64,000 nt of DNA from Candidatus Latescibacterota bacterium (GTDB taxonomy: Bacteria; Latescibacterota; UBA2968; GCA-2709665), in contig OZ250150.1 of the NCBI GenBank assembly GCA_965237675.1, positions 3,968,001-4,032,000 on the forward strand, read 5' to 3'. Below, one piece after another: positions 1 through 10,842 of this stretch. The notes below the pieces were generated by a model that worked only from the letters and a program-made list of their open reading frames with translations, was not told where the DNA came from and ran no database searches. A program made the translations under genes and the position numbers. The first letter of the stretch is position 1, and each line of letters begins with the position of its first letter.

Positions 1-509
1 AGCGTCGTGGTACCCTCACAGGATGAAGGTGTAAAAATCGGTGAATCCGTCAGGACGAATTCTCTTTTATCGAAATAATTCCTGCATGCCCGGATTACTT
101 CGCTTCGCACCCGCAAAATGGCGTGCTGGCGGGAAGAACGCAGCCAGAGATGACGATGATCCATCAGAAAGGCGGTACCGTGCGCTTTTGGCGTTATGGG
201 ATAGGGTTCCGATGCCTGGACCACCTCGAAATCGGAAACGCCGACCTCAAAACCAAGGGGCGAACGTGTGTCCTCGCGCACAACGCCCCAGACGCGCAGC
301 GACGACTCCTGGGTCAGGTTACCGGAGCGCTCAAACAGGTCGGACGACACATCCCCCTTGAACACGATACATTGCACCACACCGGTTCCGTCTCTCAGTT
401 GCAGAAAGTGCAGCTTTCCGCTGGAGCGTTTGTTGTGCAGCCAGCCCTGAAGAAGCACCTGACGCCCTTCGTACTCGGCGATCTTTGAAATCGAAATCGG
501 TTCGGCCAT
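1..509 (-). CDS. asnS: Asparagine--tRNA ligase, N-terminal part (runs off window)
   Basis: Not in ORF track. Manual translation from ATG at 509: MAEPISISKIAEYEGRQVLLQGWLHNKRSSGKLHFLQLRDGTG...LMDHRHLWLRS...TPSSCEGTTT, matching AsnRS OB-fold and motif 1. RBS AGAGGG upstream. Confidence 0.93.
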   Translation of the reverse strand, partial: MAEPISISKIAEYEGRQVLLQGWLHNKRSSGKLHFLQLRDGTGVVQCIVFKGDVSSDLFERSGNLTQESSLRVWGVVREDTRSPLGFEVGVSDFEVVQASEPYPITPKAHGTAFLMDHRHLWLRSSRQHAILRVRSEVIRACRNYFDKREFVLTDSPIFTPSSCEGTTT

Positions 510-646
510 CGTTTCCCTCTTTGAACCAGGCGGTCGTTGCGTCCGTATACCCCGCGTCAGGGCCCGACGACCCGCAGGATCTGCTGCGTCCTGGATATGG
601 ACGCCGTGGTTCGCGATGTGTGGTACCCATGCGCAACGTCGCAAAA

Positions 647-680
647 CCAAAAAAGACGACCGGAAGTTGCCGATCGCCTT
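647..680 (-). terminator. Rho-independent terminator after pnp
   Basis: Minus strand AAGGCGATCGG-CAACTT-CCGGTCGTCTT followed by TTTT: 11-bp stem (with G-U pairs) plus U-tract, just downstream of pnp stop. Confidence 0.7.
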
Positions 681-707
681 CTGCCGACCATTGGTTTTCC
701 AGCCAGA

Positions 708-2846
708 TCAGCGCCGATTGGGCCTTCGTGGACCTCGAGAGTGGCGGGGCGGTGGTTCGACGTACCCGGGGGGCGGTTGGAAAGTCGCCTTGCGACTGAG
801 TCGAACCTTACCCTGATCGTCGATCGAAACCACCTTGACATCCACCTTATCCCCTTCGGACAGCACGTCTTCCACCTTGTTCACACGGTGGTAATCCAGC
901 TCGGAAATGTGGCAGAGCCCCTCTTTCCCGGGGAGAATCTCGATAAAGGCTCCGAAGTCCAATGTTCGCTTGACCGTTCCATTGTATACACGGCCCACTT
1001 CCGGATCTTCCACCAGCGCCTTGATCATTTGCATGGCTTCTTCGCCGGCCGCAGCGTCGACCGAACTGACGGTTATCAACCCGTCGTCATCCACCGCTAC
1101 GGTGGCTCCCGTTTCTTCGATACGGCGGATGGTCTTTCCACCCGGGCCGATAACCGTGCCGATCTTGGAGGGATCGATATAGACTGAGAGAATGCGCGGC
1201 GCATAATGAGATAACTCCGCCCTGGGGCGGGAGATCGCTTCGTTCATTTTGCCCAGAATATGGTCCAGCGCTCCCCTGGCGCGCCCGAAGGCCTCCTGCA
1301 TAATCTCAAGACTGATTCCCTTGATTTTGATATCCAGCTGGATCGACGTCAATCCCTCGGCTGTCCCCGAAATCTTGAGATCCATATCGCCGAGATGGTC
1401 TTCCGCACCCAGAATATCGGTCAGCAATGCCCAGTTGGAACTGTCCTCCCCCATCACGAGCCCGACTCCCGCGCCCGCAACGGCCGTCTTGACGGGAACC
1501 CCCGCATCCATCAGTGCGAGCGATCCGCCGCACACCGTGGCCATGGACGACGAACTGTTCGATTCCAGAATCTCGGAAACCACCCGAATTGTATAGGGAA
1601 AGTGCTTTTCGTTGGGTATGACGGGTATCAGAGCCTTTTCCGCAAGAACGCCGTGTCCGATTTCCCGCCTTCCGGGAGCCCCGATCCGGCGGGTTTCCCC
1701 GACGCTGTACGACGGAAAGTTGTAGTCCAGCATGAAACTCTTAAAGGACCTTCCTTCGAGATCGTCCACCATCCGGGTATCCAGCTTGCTGCCCAGCGTG
1801 GCCACGCATAGCGCCTGGGTCTGCCCCCGTGTAAACAGAGCCGACCCGTGCGCGCGCGGCAAACTCCCGATTTCAATCTCGATCGGCCGCACTTCGTCCA
1901 GGTCCCTTCCATCGATCCGCCGGCCTTCTTCCAGAATCATCCGACGCATTTCCGCCTTGACAAGCGCCCCAATTTCAGCGGCGACTTCAGCGCGCGATTC
2001 CGGATACCCCTCTTCAAGGGCCGCCTGCACATCCTCCTCGATTCCGGCAATAACACTCGCCCGGTCTTCTTTCTCAGACAACCGGTTTGCCTCTCTGATG
2101 CGTTGAGCCGCCAGTTCCCTTACGGCTTCCCCAAGCGCTTCATCGGGTTCAGGTTCGACAACCACCCGCTTTGGTTTTCCGCATCGGGCTACCAGATCTT
2201 CCTGCATTTCCACCAGCCTGGCGATGGCATCCTGACCCGCCCGCAGCGCCCCCAGTACATCGGCTTCGGGTACCTCGTGGCATTCGCCTTCAACGGAAAT
2301 AATCGATTCCTTGTTGCCGGACACGATGATGTTGATATCGCTCTCTTCGAGCTGTTCATACGTGGGATTGATCACGTACTCCCCGTTAATCCGCCCTACC
2401 TTTACCGCACCAATCGGTCCTTCGAAGGGAATATCGGAGATACAGACAGCAGCCGACGCGCCGGTCATCGCCAGCACGGCAGGGTCATTCTCTTCATCGA
2501 ACGACAGCACGGTAACCAGAACCTGCGTTTCCACGTTCCGTTTCAGAAACAACGGCCGAATCTGGTGGTCAATCAGCCTGGCGCTCAACTTTTCCGTCGT
2601 GGAAGGCGCGCCTTCACGCTTGAAAAAGTTGCCGGGAATTCTGCCGCCCGCGTAGAACTTCTCTCGATAGTCCACCGTTAACGGGAAAAAATCCAGATCG
2701 GATTCTCTGGTATCCGCCACCGTCGCAACCAGCACTACGGTTTCACCATATTGCATCCATACGGCGCCGTGGGCCTGCTTGGCCACCCTCCCGTATTCGA
2801 TGGACAACGTCCGTCCTTCAAGTTCCATCTCAAATTTTTCTACCAT
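708..2846 (-). CDS. pnp: Polyribonucleotide nucleotidyltransferase (PNPase)
   Basis: FFPLTVDYREK, HGSALFTRGQTQ, RREIGHG, DHLGDMD motifs; KH and S1 domains; follows rpsO. Confidence 0.98.
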   Translation of the reverse strand: MVEKFEMELEGRTLSIEYGRVAKQAHGAVWMQYGETVVLVATVADTRESDLDFFPLTVDYREKFYAGGRIPGNFFKREGAPSTTEKLSARLIDHQIRPLFLKRNVETQVLVTVLSFDEENDPAVLAMTGASAAVCISDIPFEGPIGAVKVGRINGEYVINPTYEQLEESDINIIVSGNKESIISVEGECHEVPEADVLGALRAGQDAIARLVEMQEDLVARCGKPKRVVVEPEPDEALGEAVRELAAQRIREANRLSEKEDRASVIAGIEEDVQAALEEGYPESRAEVAAEIGALVKAEMRRMILEEGRRIDGRDLDEVRPIEIEIGSLPRAHGSALFTRGQTQALCVATLGSKLDTRMVDDLEGRSFKSFMLDYNFPSYSVGETRRIGAPGRREIGHGVLAEKALIPVIPNEKHFPYTIRVVSEILESNSSSSMATVCGGSLALMDAGVPVKTAVAGAGVGLVMGEDSSNWALLTDILGAEDHLGDMDLKISGTAEGLTSIQLDIKIKGISLEIMQEAFGRARGALDHILGKMNEAISRPRAELSHYAPRILSVYIDPSKIGTVIGPGGKTIRRIEETGATVAVDDDGLITVSSVDAAAGEEAMQMIKALVEDPEVGRVYNGTVKRTLDFGAFIEILPGKEGLCHISELDYHRVNKVEDVLSEGDKVDVKVVSIDDQGKVRLSRKATFQPPPGYVEPPPRHSRGPRRPNRR

Positions 2847-2929
2847 CCACTCATTCTCCTCAACAAAAATGAAGTTGCCTATAGCCTGCAGCCATCAATC
2901 CGTGGGAGGTTCGATTTCGCTACTGGCAT

Positions 2930-3199
2930 TCAACCACGGATCCCGAGTTTGCCAATTAGTGTACGATATCCGGCGAGATCACGACGCTGCATATACGTCA
3001 TGAAACGCCGGCGCTGGCCAACCAGTTTGAGCAGCCCCCGGCGCGAATGGTGATCTTTCTTGTGGCGCTGGGCGTGCTCGGTCAACATTCTGATCCGCTC
3101 CGTCAACAGTGCGATCTGCACCTCGACGGATCCCGTATCCTGAGCGGCTCGACCGAAGGTCTCAACCAATTCGCCTTTCTTTTCATTTGTTAAACCCAA
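2930..3199 (-). CDS. rpsO: 30S ribosomal protein S15
   Basis: [13 protein letters not shown]...[19 protein letters not shown]; TTG at 3199 with GGAGGT RBS gives the canonical 89 aa. Confidence 0.97.
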   Translation of the reverse strand: MGLTNEKKGELVETFGRAAQDTGSVEVQIALLTERIRMLTEHAQRHKKDHHSRRGLLKLVGQRRRFMTYMQRRDLAGYRTLIGKLGIRG

Positions 3200-4146
3200 T
3201 GCCTTACCTCCATGTGATGAGCGCACTTCTCTTCTACGATTTCCCGGGCACGCTGCCCGTCTCTCTGAATTTGCGATACAAGTGCCTCCGAATTTCGAAA
3301 CCTGCGCTCGTCGCGCAGGCGCCCCACGAGTTCCAGGTATATCCGGCGTCCGTAGAGATCCCCGTTGAAATCCAGCAGGTGGGCCTCCAGCAGCCTGTTT
3401 TTTCCGTTAAACGTGGGACGCACGCCGAGGTTCAGAACGGCCGCATACGTTTCCGGAATAAATACTCTGGCGGCGTAGACGCCATTGGGAGGCAACAGCT
3501 TCATGGAATCGTCCAATGTAAGATTGGCGGTCGGAAAACCCAACTGTCGCCCGCGGCCTTCGCCCGACGCCACCCGGCCTGAAATGGGATATCCACCGCC
3601 AAGCAGTGCATGGGCTTCGTCGATCCGTCCACTTCCGATGAGGTCCCGAAGCCGGCTGCTGCTGACGGGGCAATCCCCCACCATAACCGGAGGAACAAGC
3701 GTGACCTCGAAACCGAATCGTTCACCCAGCGCCCGCATGGTCTCCAATCCACCGCTGCGGCCCTTGCCAAAGCCGTGATCGTAACCCAGTACCACAAGTT
3801 CGGCGCCGAGATATTCGACCAGATAGGTCGATACAAATGCCTCGGGACTCAACGTCTGTACCTGCCGGGTAAAAGGTATCACCGCCAGCAGGTCGATTCC
3901 GGCATCGCTGAGCCGTCGGCGCTTCTCGTCCAGGGAGGTCAGGACAACCGGCGGGTCGCCAGGATGGATGACGGCCCGGGGGTGCGGATCGAAGGTGATG
4001 GCAACGGCGGTGCCGGACCGCGCCCGGGCTATGGAGACAACGGCTTCAAGGACAGCACGATGTCCGCGGTGGACACCGTCGAATGTGCCGACCGTGACAA
4101 CCGCGTTGGAAATCCCGAGAGCCTCTTCTAACCACCGTGTCTGCAT
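3190..4146 (-). CDS. ribF: Bifunctional riboflavin kinase/FAD synthetase
   Basis: [37 protein letters not shown]; start set at ATG 4146 after truB stop. Confidence 0.96.
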   Translation of the reverse strand: MQTRWLEEALGISNAVVTVGTFDGVHRGHRAVLEAVVSIARARSGTAVAITFDPHPRAVIHPGDPPVVLTSLDEKRRRLSDAGIDLLAVIPFTRQVQTLSPEAFVSTYLVEYLGAELVVLGYDHGFGKGRSGGLETMRALGERFGFEVTLVPPVMVGDCPVSSSRLRDLIGSGRIDEAHALLGGGYPISGRVASGEGRGRQLGFPTANLTLDDSMKLLPPNGVYAARVFIPETYAAVLNLGVRPTFNGKNRLLEAHLLDFNGDLYGRRIYLELVGRLRDERRFRNSEALVSQIQRDGQRAREIVEEKCAHHMEVRHWV

Positions 4147-4151
4147 CTGTT

Positions 4152-5072
4152 TCAACCTTTGGGTTGACCTAGCACCCGCACAGGCTTCAAGATCCCGTCG
4201 TCGGCTCTCCACTTCCCGATGCCGAGCAACACCCCCTCGGGATAAAGCGCCCGTACGAGCCGGCCGGACTCAAGGGCGTTTCCGTCCACGACATTGGCGA
4301 CCGCGTTGCCATGAACAAAACAACCTGCCTGAACGGCGTTAAGGGTAAGGCCGGGCAGATCGTGCAACAACCGGCTGGGATCCATCAGATACGGCTGCAG
4401 ATCCTCCTGCGACCCGACCGTTTCGAGCCGGCTGAGGGTAACACACTCGTCGATACGTACGGGTCCGGCGGCCGTGCGTCTGAGCCCCGCGAGATGCGCG
4501 CCGCAACCCAGTTCCCGGCCGATGTCGTCGGCCAGGGTACGGATATAGGTCCCCTTTGAACAGGAGACCGTCAGGTGGAGATCGGGAGGATTGAACGCTT
4601 CAACATCGATTTCGTAAATGCGGATACGGGTCGGTCGCCGGACGACTTCCCGGCCCTCCCGAGCCAATTGGTACAATCGCCTGCCATCCACCTTCCGGGC
4701 TGAAAACATCGGCGGCATCTGTTCAATTTCACCAACAAAAGATGCCACCGCGCGATGGACAACCGCCATCTCGGTGGGTACGCGGTCCGACCGGGCTATG
4801 ACTTCGCCTTCCGCATCGAGGGTGTTGGTCCGGATTCCCAGCCGGATGTGTGCGGAATAGGTTTTGTCGTGGTTTGCGAGATAGGAACTGAGTCGCGTCG
4901 CCCGGCCCAGGCACACCACCAGAACTCCCGTCGCGAGCGGGTCCAGGGTGCCCGTGTGCCCCACTTTTTGGATGTGCATCCGTCGACGAACACGGTCTAT
5001 TACATCGTGAGACGTCAGTCCCAGCTCCTTGTCGATGGGCAACACACCAGTGACGTTGATCCCTACCTCCAT
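4152..5072 (-). CDS. truB: tRNA pseudouridine(55) synthase
   Basis: KVGHTGTLDPLATGVL, QMPPMFSA, CSKGTYIRTL; start codon uncertain. Confidence 0.96.
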   Translation of the reverse strand: MEVGINVTGVLPIDKELGLTSHDVIDRVRRRMHIQKVGHTGTLDPLATGVLVVCLGRATRLSSYLANHDKTYSAHIRLGIRTNTLDAEGEVIARSDRVPTEMAVVHRAVASFVGEIEQMPPMFSARKVDGRRLYQLAREGREVVRRPTRIRIYEIDVEAFNPPDLHLTVSCSKGTYIRTLADDIGRELGCGAHLAGLRRTAAGPVRIDECVTLSRLETVGSQEDLQPYLMDPSRLLHDLPGLTLNAVQAGCFVHGNAVANVVDGNALESGRLVRALYPEGVLLGIGKWRADDGILKPVRVLGQPKG

Positions 5073-5073
5073 T

Positions 5074-5412
5074 CTACGGTTTCAAGTCATCCAGCAGTCT
5101 GTCTATTCTGCTGGCTCGCTCCAGCGTCTGATCCAGTTCAAACTCCAGTTCCGGCACGTTCTTCAGCCGGATCCGCCTCCCGAGTTCCTTGCGGAGATAG
5201 GGCCGCGCCCGCTGCAGAGTTTTCAGGCTCGCGTCACGGATCCGATCCTCACCCATCACGCTAATGTAAACCCGTGCGAACTTCAAATCTCGCGCCACGT
5301 GCACCCCTGTGACTGTGACGTAGCCCAGACGAGGGTCCTTTACGTGCCGGTGGATCAATTCGCTCAATTCTTCCTGAATCTGCCTTCCGATGCTTTCTGG
5401 GCGCCACATCAC
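5074..5412 (-). CDS. rbfA: Ribosome-binding factor A
   Basis: VKDPRLGYVTVTGV...DLKFARVYIS...VPELEFELD; conserved infB-rbfA-truB synteny. Confidence 0.95.
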   Translation of the reverse strand: MMWRPESIGRQIQEELSELIHRHVKDPRLGYVTVTGVHVARDLKFARVYISVMGEDRIRDASLKTLQRARPYLRKELGRRIRLKNVPELEFELDQTLERASRIDRLLDDLKP

Positions 5413-5690
5413 ATCATTTCCAGGGAATAGTCGATGAGCTCCACGCGATGGTCACGTTGCACCATTTCCACGACATTGGAAAGCACGCGATTGACGAAAC
5501 GCGATTCGTTCGCCACCATTGCCACGCCGACCTCCGCCTTCTGCCAGAGTTCGTTATGGCCGACCTCCGAAACGGATACGTTATATTTCGCGCGGACCCT
5601 CTGTCGAAGGCTTTCGAGAATGCGGCGTTTGTCCTTTAACGAACCACTTTCGGGCAGATACAACACCAGACGACAAAGGCCAAGGGTCAT
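5409..5690 (-). CDS. DUF503 (YlxP-like) protein
   Basis: SLKDKRRILESL...YNVSVSEVG.ELWQKAEVG; typical position between infB and rbfA. Confidence 0.9.
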   Translation of the reverse strand: MTLGLCRLVLYLPESGSLKDKRRILESLRQRVRAKYNVSVSEVGHNELWQKAEVGVAMVANESRFVNRVLSNVVEMVQRDHRVELIDYSLEMM

Positions 5691-5696
5691 AAGTTG

Positions 5697-5883
5697 GAAG
5701 CTGTCTTAAAATTCCTGGCGCGTTCCCGAGCGCGAGCGAAAAGGTGTCGGGCAAGGCGGGCGAACCCGCCTATGAGAGGCGAGGGGCGCGCAGCCTCGAC
5801 TGAAGATACGGGTGGGTTTGACCCAACGCAGACCGACGCTTTTGCAGCCGCGCGAAGACCGCTGGGGGTTTTAAGACAGCTTC
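5697..5883. mobile_element. MITE-like element, 187 bp
   Basis: Perfect 15-bp terminal inverted repeats GAAGCTGTCTTAAAA (5697-5711) and TTTTAAGACAGCTTC (5869-5883), extended imperfect internal pairing, no credible ORF; abuts infB stop codon. Confidence 0.7.
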
Positions 5884-8358
5884 TTAGAGCGTGCGCGCGG
5901 TTTCAACCTGTTCATAGGCCTCGATCACATCGCCCAGCTTGGTATCGTTGAAATTCTCCAGACCGATACCGCATTCGAACCCCGACTGAACCTCTCTCAC
6001 GTCGTCCTTGAACCTGCGCAGGGATCCAATCCGGCCCTCGTAGACCACGACATTGTCTCGCAGCACGCGCACCATGGCGCTGCGCGTCATGGTGCCGTTG
6101 GAGATATAACAGCCGGCGATGATTCCGACCCGCGGCACCTGGAACGTCTCCCGGACCTGGGCCGATCCCACGATCTGTTCATCGATATCGGGAGTGAGCA
6201 ACCCTGCCAGCGCCGACCTGATATCTTCAACCGCTTCGTAAATAACCCGATAGGAGCGCACATCCACTCTCTCGTGTACAACCACCTCGCGCGCACGGAG
6301 ATCCGGCCGTACATTGAAACCAATGATGATCGCATCGGAGGCGGAAGCGAGCAGAACATCGGATTCCGACACCGCGCCAACCCCCCGGTGGATCACGTTG
6401 ATTCGAACTTCCTCGCTCGGGATCTGCATCAGAGAATCGTGAAGCGCTTCAACGGATCCGTCGACGTCGCCTTTGAGAATCAGACGCAACTCCTGTACCT
6501 GTCCGGCCTTGATCTGATTGTGAATGTCGACCAGGCTCACCCTGCGAATCCGGTGGGCCTCCCGCTCGCGGCGTAACTGTTGTCTTTTCTGGCTGATTTC
6601 CCGGGCGGTTCGTTCGTTTTCCACGGAGTAAAAGGAATCTCCGGCCTGAGGCAGTCCAGCCAGGCCGAGCACCTGAACCGGCACCGACGGTCCCGCCTGG
6701 GGAACCGGATGGCCGCGCTCGTCCAAAAGGGCCCTCGCCCTGCCACTGTAGAGCCCCGTGACAAAGGTATCGCCGACCTTGAGTGTCCCTTTCTGCACAA
6801 GCACGGTCGCCACATTGCCGCGGCCACGGTCAAGGCGCGCCTCCACAATGGCGCCTTTGGCACGCTTATTCGGGTTGGCCCTGAGCTCAAGCAGATCCGT
6901 TTCCAGGGCTAGCAACTCCAGCAGATCGTTGATATTCTCACCGGTTTTGGCTGAAATCTCACAGGATTGGACCTTGCCTCCGTAATTTTCAAGGATCACG
7001 TTGTGTTCCGCCAGTTGGCGCTTGATTCTATCCACATCCGCGCCGGGAAGATCTATCTTGTTGATAGCGAGCACTATGGGAACACCCGCGGCACGCGCAT
7101 GGTCGATGGCCTCCACGGTCTGCGGCATCACATTGTCGTCGGCCGCAACGATCAGTACGACCACGTCTGTCACCTGGGCTCCCCTGGCGCGCATCGCAGT
7201 AAAGGCCTCGTGACCGGGCGTATCCAGGAAAGTCACCATCCGGCCGTTGTCCAGTTCCACGTGATAGGCGCCGATGTGTTGGGTAATGCCCCCTGCCTCG
7301 CCGGCGACCACGTTGGTATTGCGGACATAATCCAGAAGGGACGTCTTTCCGTGGTCCACATGGCCCATGATCGTCACCACGGGAGGACGCGGCTCAAGAT
7401 CGTCATCCACGTCTTCGTCTTCCTGCTCGAGCACGTCTTCTGCGAATTCCTGGAGCTCTTCAACGCCTATTCCGAACTCGTCGGCAACCAGGATAATGGT
7501 GTCCATATCCAGCCGCTGGTTGATCGTGACCATCAGGCCAAGGGTGAGGCACTGTTTGATCACATCGGTGAGCGGTATGTCCATCAGGTTCGACAGTTCG
7601 CCGACGGTGGTAAACTCGCTTATCTTAATGACACGGTCTACCTCCACCTCCTCGTCTGCTGCCTCGTCGTCTCTGCTGTGACGTCGACGTGTCCGGGCCG
7701 TGCCGGACTCCATCTGTGCCAGCGTGCGTCGCACGCTGGCTTCAATTTCCCCCTGGTCGGGGGCGGATCTGCCGCGCCTTCGGCGTCGGCGCCTGCCTTC
7801 GGCGCGATCGGGGGTCGGTTTATCACCCGATTGTGGTGCATCGGCTTTCCGCCCGGAGTCCGCCTTGTCTATCACTTCCACCGACGGTACTTTTTGCGTT
7901 GTATCACGCCGCCGCCGCCGCCGCCGCGTCGCCTGGTCGTCGCGAATCTCGCGAATCTCGACAGCCGCCCGGACCGGCTCGGCGGGCCTGGGGGCGTCCG
8001 CAGGTTTGGATGCGGGCTTCTTGGCGCTTCGCGCTCTAGGCTTGGCAGGTGTCTTCGGAACTTCCTTTTTGGGTTCCTGACGTTGTTTTTTCTGAGCGGA
8101 CTTGCGTTTGATTTCCTGACGGGAGGCGTTCCGTTCCTCCTCGAATTTGCCTTGAATGCTCTCAAACATCTCCGTCGTACACACAGCCATGTGGTTCTTG
8201 ACATCGAACCCCAGGCCTCTGACGACCTCGACCATCGCAACACTGGAAAGATTGAACTCCCGTGCCACTTCGTAGATGCGTCTTTTTTTGTCATCGGCGT
8301 CATCGGATGCCGCCTTAGCGGTCTTTGCGGGTGCGTTTCTAATCATGATCCGATTCAC
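5884..8358 (-). CDS. infB: Translation initiation factor IF-2
   Basis: [37 protein letters not shown]; start GTG 8358 or ATG 8346. Confidence 0.98.
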   Translation of the reverse strand: MNRIMIRNAPAKTAKAASDDADDKKRRIYEVAREFNLSSVAMVEVVRGLGFDVKNHMAVCTTEMFESIQGKFEEERNASRQEIKRKSAQKKQRQEPKKEVPKTPAKPRARSAKKPASKPADAPRPAEPVRAAVEIREIRDDQATRRRRRRRDTTQKVPSVEVIDKADSGRKADAPQSGDKPTPDRAEGRRRRRRRGRSAPDQGEIEASVRRTLAQMESGTARTRRRHSRDDEAADEEVEVDRVIKISEFTTVGELSNLMDIPLTDVIKQCLTLGLMVTINQRLDMDTIILVADEFGIGVEELQEFAEDVLEQEDEDVDDDLEPRPPVVTIMGHVDHGKTSLLDYVRNTNVVAGEAGGITQHIGAYHVELDNGRMVTFLDTPGHEAFTAMRARGAQVTDVVVLIVAADDNVMPQTVEAIDHARAAGVPIVLAINKIDLPGADVDRIKRQLAEHNVILENYGGKVQSCEISAKTGENINDLLELLALETDLLELRANPNKRAKGAIVEARLDRGRGNVATVLVQKGTLKVGDTFVTGLYSGRARALLDERGHPVPQAGPSVPVQVLGLAGLPQAGDSFYSVENERTAREISQKRQQLRREREAHRIRRVSLVDIHNQIKAGQVQELRLILKGDVDGSVEALHDSLMQIPSEEVRINVIHRGVGAVSESDVLLASASDAIIIGFNVRPDLRAREVVVHERVDVRSYRVIYEAVEDIRSALAGLLTPDIDEQIVGSAQVRETFQVPRVGIIAGCYISNGTMTRSAMVRVLRDNVVVYEGRIGSLRRFKDDVREVQSGFECGIGLENFNDTKLGDVIEAYEQVETARTL

Positions 8359-9881
8359 CTCTCCTCACGTTCCGATGGGCCGCCGACCAGGTCGTTATCC
8401 GATGCCGCAGTCTCGACCGTTTCGCTTTCTTCTGACAGTTCCATTTCCTCGTCGGCCACCGATTCATCGCCCACTTCGGCGGTGGCGGCGGCTTCAGCGG
8501 CAACGGCGGCTTCAGCGGCAGCGGCGGCTTCAGCGGCAGCGGCGGCTTCAGCGGCAGCGGCTTCTTCAGCGGCGATTCGCGCCGCTTCCTCCGCCCTCTG
8601 CCTTTCCAGTTCCTCGCGGTAGGCCTGGACCTTGACGGATACGACCTTCTCCGCGGCGTTCTGGATCTTTTCGCCGGTGGATTCCCCGATCCCGGGGACG
8701 TCGAGCAACCGGACGAGCGAGACATCCACAAGATCGTTGGCGGACAAGATCCCTGCGGCCTCGAGACGTTCAAGCATGACTTTCCCCACCCCGGCGACTT
8801 CCGCAAGCGGAACAAACGTCGCCGCTTTCTCTGCCTGAAGCTCCTGGAACCGGGTCTCGGTGATAATGTCGACCTTCCATCCGGTCAGTTGCGCCGCGAG
8901 GCGGGCGTTCTGCCCGGATTTGCCAATGGCGAGCGACAACTGGTCGTCTTCTACGATTGCCGTCATCGTTGTCTTGTTTCGATCGACCACCACCCGTTTA
9001 ACCGTGGCCGGACTGAGCGCGCGGGACAGGAAGATGGCTTCGTCGTCGCTCCAGGGTACGATGTCGATCCGCTCGTTACTCAACTCCCTGACGACCGCCT
9101 GGACCCGCGAACCCTTCATCCCCACGCAGGCACCAACCGGATCGATGCGGGCGTCGTTCGAATAGACCGCGATCTTCGCCCTTTCTCCCGGTTCTCGAGC
9201 GACCGCCTTGATTTCGATGATGCCCTCGTAGATTTCAGGGACTTCGAACTGGAAAAGCTTGACCAGAAACTGCGGGTGGGTCCGGGAGAGGACCACCTGA
9301 GGCCCTTTGGATGTGCGGAGCACGTTTACCAGATAGGCGCGGATGGGATCTCCCTGGCGGTAGCGCTCCTTTCGAATCTGCTCCTTGAGGGGGATAACCG
9401 CCTCCGTGCGACCCAGGTTGATCAGAATATCGCCGTGGCTGATCTGTTGGACGGTGCCGCTGATAATTTCGCTGATTCGATTCTGGTAATCCTCGAAGAT
9501 TTTCTCGCGTTCGGCCTCCCGAACCCGTTGGATCAGGATCTGCTTGGTGGACTGAATGGCATTCCGTCCGAAATCGGCAAACCGGAGCAACTCCTTGAGT
9601 TCCCCATTGACTTTGATGCCGGGTTCGATCTCGCGGGCGGCCGTAAGCCCGATCTGCAAGGCCGGATCCTCGACGTCGTCGTCTTTGACGACGGATTTAA
9701 TCGCAAAGACCTGGATATCGCCGGAATTGACGTCGATGTTCACCTCGACGTTGTCCGATGTGCCGAACCGCCTTTTGGTTGCGGAGAGCAATCCGATTTC
9801 CAGGGTTTCAATCACCAGCGCCTTGTCAACGTTTTTTTCCTGAGCAATCTGACCCAGCGCCTCCAGGATTTCGTAGTTCAA
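8355..9881 (-). CDS. nusA: Transcription termination/antitermination factor NusA with HhH repeats and Ala/Glu-rich tail
   Basis: FGRNAIQSTKQ, VAREPGERAKIAV, DPVGACVGMKGSRVQ, AIGKSGQNARLA. Confidence 0.97.
   Translation of the reverse strand: MNYEILEALGQIAQEKNVDKALVIETLEIGLLSATKRRFGTSDNVEVNIDVNSGDIQVFAIKSVVKDDDVEDPALQIGLTAAREIEPGIKVNGELKELLRFADFGRNAIQSTKQILIQRVREAEREKIFEDYQNRISEIISGTVQQISHGDILINLGRTEAVIPLKEQIRKERYRQGDPIRAYLVNVLRTSKGPQVVLSRTHPQFLVKLFQFEVPEIYEGIIEIKAVAREPGERAKIAVYSNDARIDPVGACVGMKGSRVQAVVRELSNERIDIVPWSDDEAIFLSRALSPATVKRVVVDRNKTTMTAIVEDDQLSLAIGKSGQNARLAAQLTGWKVDIITETRFQELQAEKAATFVPLAEVAGVGKVMLERLEAAGILSANDLVDVSLVRLLDVPGIGESTGEKIQNAAEKVVSVKVQAYREELERQRAEEAARIAAEEAAAAEAAAAAEAAAAAEAAVAAEAAATAEVGDESVADEEMELSEESETVETAASDNDLVGGPSEREER
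8485..8572. repeat. 18-bp in-frame tandem repeat (about 4.5 copies) encoding (AEAAAA)n in NusA
   Basis: Unit GCTTCAGCGGCAGCGGCG starting at 8491, 8509, 8527, 8545. Confidence 0.9.
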
Positions 9882-9893
9882 AAGGGCATCTCC

Positions 9894-10343
9894 TCAAAAT
9901 TCGAAATGGAGGTTGGCTTTTGTAATTTCGGCAGCCGAAACATTTCTTGGCTCACCGTTGACCGTTAGTACCAGCTCCGGCCCGCTGTATCGCGTCAGTC
10001 GGCCAATCAGTTCCCGCCCGCCTTCAAGTATTACTCTGACGGTCCGACCAACGGCCAGTTCGTAATCGCGGTCGGACTTAAGGGACCTGTCAAGCCCGGG
10101 CGAGGAGACTTCCAGGACGTAGCGCCCGTTGATGGGATCGTGGGTATCCAGGACATCCGCGATCCCCCGGCTGAGGCGTGCGCATTCATCCACCGTGATG
10201 CCGTTGCTGCAATCCAGGTCGATGCGCAACGTCCTGTTCGGGGGACTGCCTTTGAGTTGCAGATCGACCAAGTCCGCGCCCTGGTGCTCCAGATAGGGTG
10301 CGATGAGCTTTTCAATGGATTCCTGCAGCTCCGGATCGTTCAT
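9894..10343 (-). CDS. rimP: Ribosome maturation factor RimP
   Basis: GITVDECARLSR...YVLEVSSPGLDRSL; directly upstream of nusA. Confidence 0.96.
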   Translation of the reverse strand: MNDPELQESIEKLIAPYLEHQGADLVDLQLKGSPPNRTLRIDLDCSNGITVDECARLSRGIADVLDTHDPINGRYVLEVSSPGLDRSLKSDRDYELAVGRTVRVILEGGRELIGRLTRYSGPELVLTVNGEPRNVSAAEITKANLHFEF

Positions 10344-10473
10344 AAGCCGGGAACACGAATGGAGGTCCAGATATTCAAAAGAGCGGGCACCCGCCCACTC
10401 TCGCTGTTCAGAAGCCTAAATATATGGTATTTCAGGCCATAGCGCAAGCATAAATTTCCACTCCGAGACCCGC

Positions 10474-10836
10474 TTACCCGCCTCCGGCGACCAGCCTTTT
10501 GAGTTCCCTGAGCATCTCCCGCATCTCCGCGACAACCGCGTCCAGTCCAGGCGGGTGATTCGACGCGGCCGTTTCCTTTTCGATGGACAGGTCTCGCCAC
10601 AGGGAGGGTTCTTCCTTAAGCCGGTCGCGGGCACCCTGAAGCGTGTACTTTTCATCCTGTCTCAGCCGTTTGATGGCCAGTACAATTCTGAGGTCTCGCT
10701 CCCTGTAAAGCCGGTTGCCGGACCGGCCTCGCCTGGGCCGGAGCATGGAAAATTCTTTTTCCCAATAGCGCAGTACCTGTGGTTCTGTATCGGTTTTTTC
10801 AGCCACTTCACGGATGGAAAAGTAGATCTTATTCAT
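10474..10836 (-). CDS. MerR-family HTH transcriptional regulator
   Basis: KIYFSIREVA...VLRYWEKEFSMLRPRR...RLYRERDL...YTLQGAR. Confidence 0.9.
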   Translation of the reverse strand: MNKIYFSIREVAEKTDTEPQVLRYWEKEFSMLRPRRGRSGNRLYRERDLRIVLAIKRLRQDEKYTLQGARDRLKEEPSLWRDLSIEKETAASNHPPGLDAVVAEMREMLRELKRLVAGGG

Positions 10837-10842
10837 TCGATC

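Noticed and set aside
1535-2560. PNPase deviations (ESNSSSSMA for ESNGSSSMA; shorter loop after IRPLF)
   Set aside because: Single-residue differences with the frame and other catalytic motifs intact; not evidence of altered function.
6967-8622. 551-aa plus-strand ORF, and similar long plus-strand ORFs (39028-40335, 49457-50635, 8889-9968, 123-488)
   Set aside because: Antisense shadows of infB, mutL, rtcB, nusA and asnS, expected in GC-rich DNA; no protein motifs.
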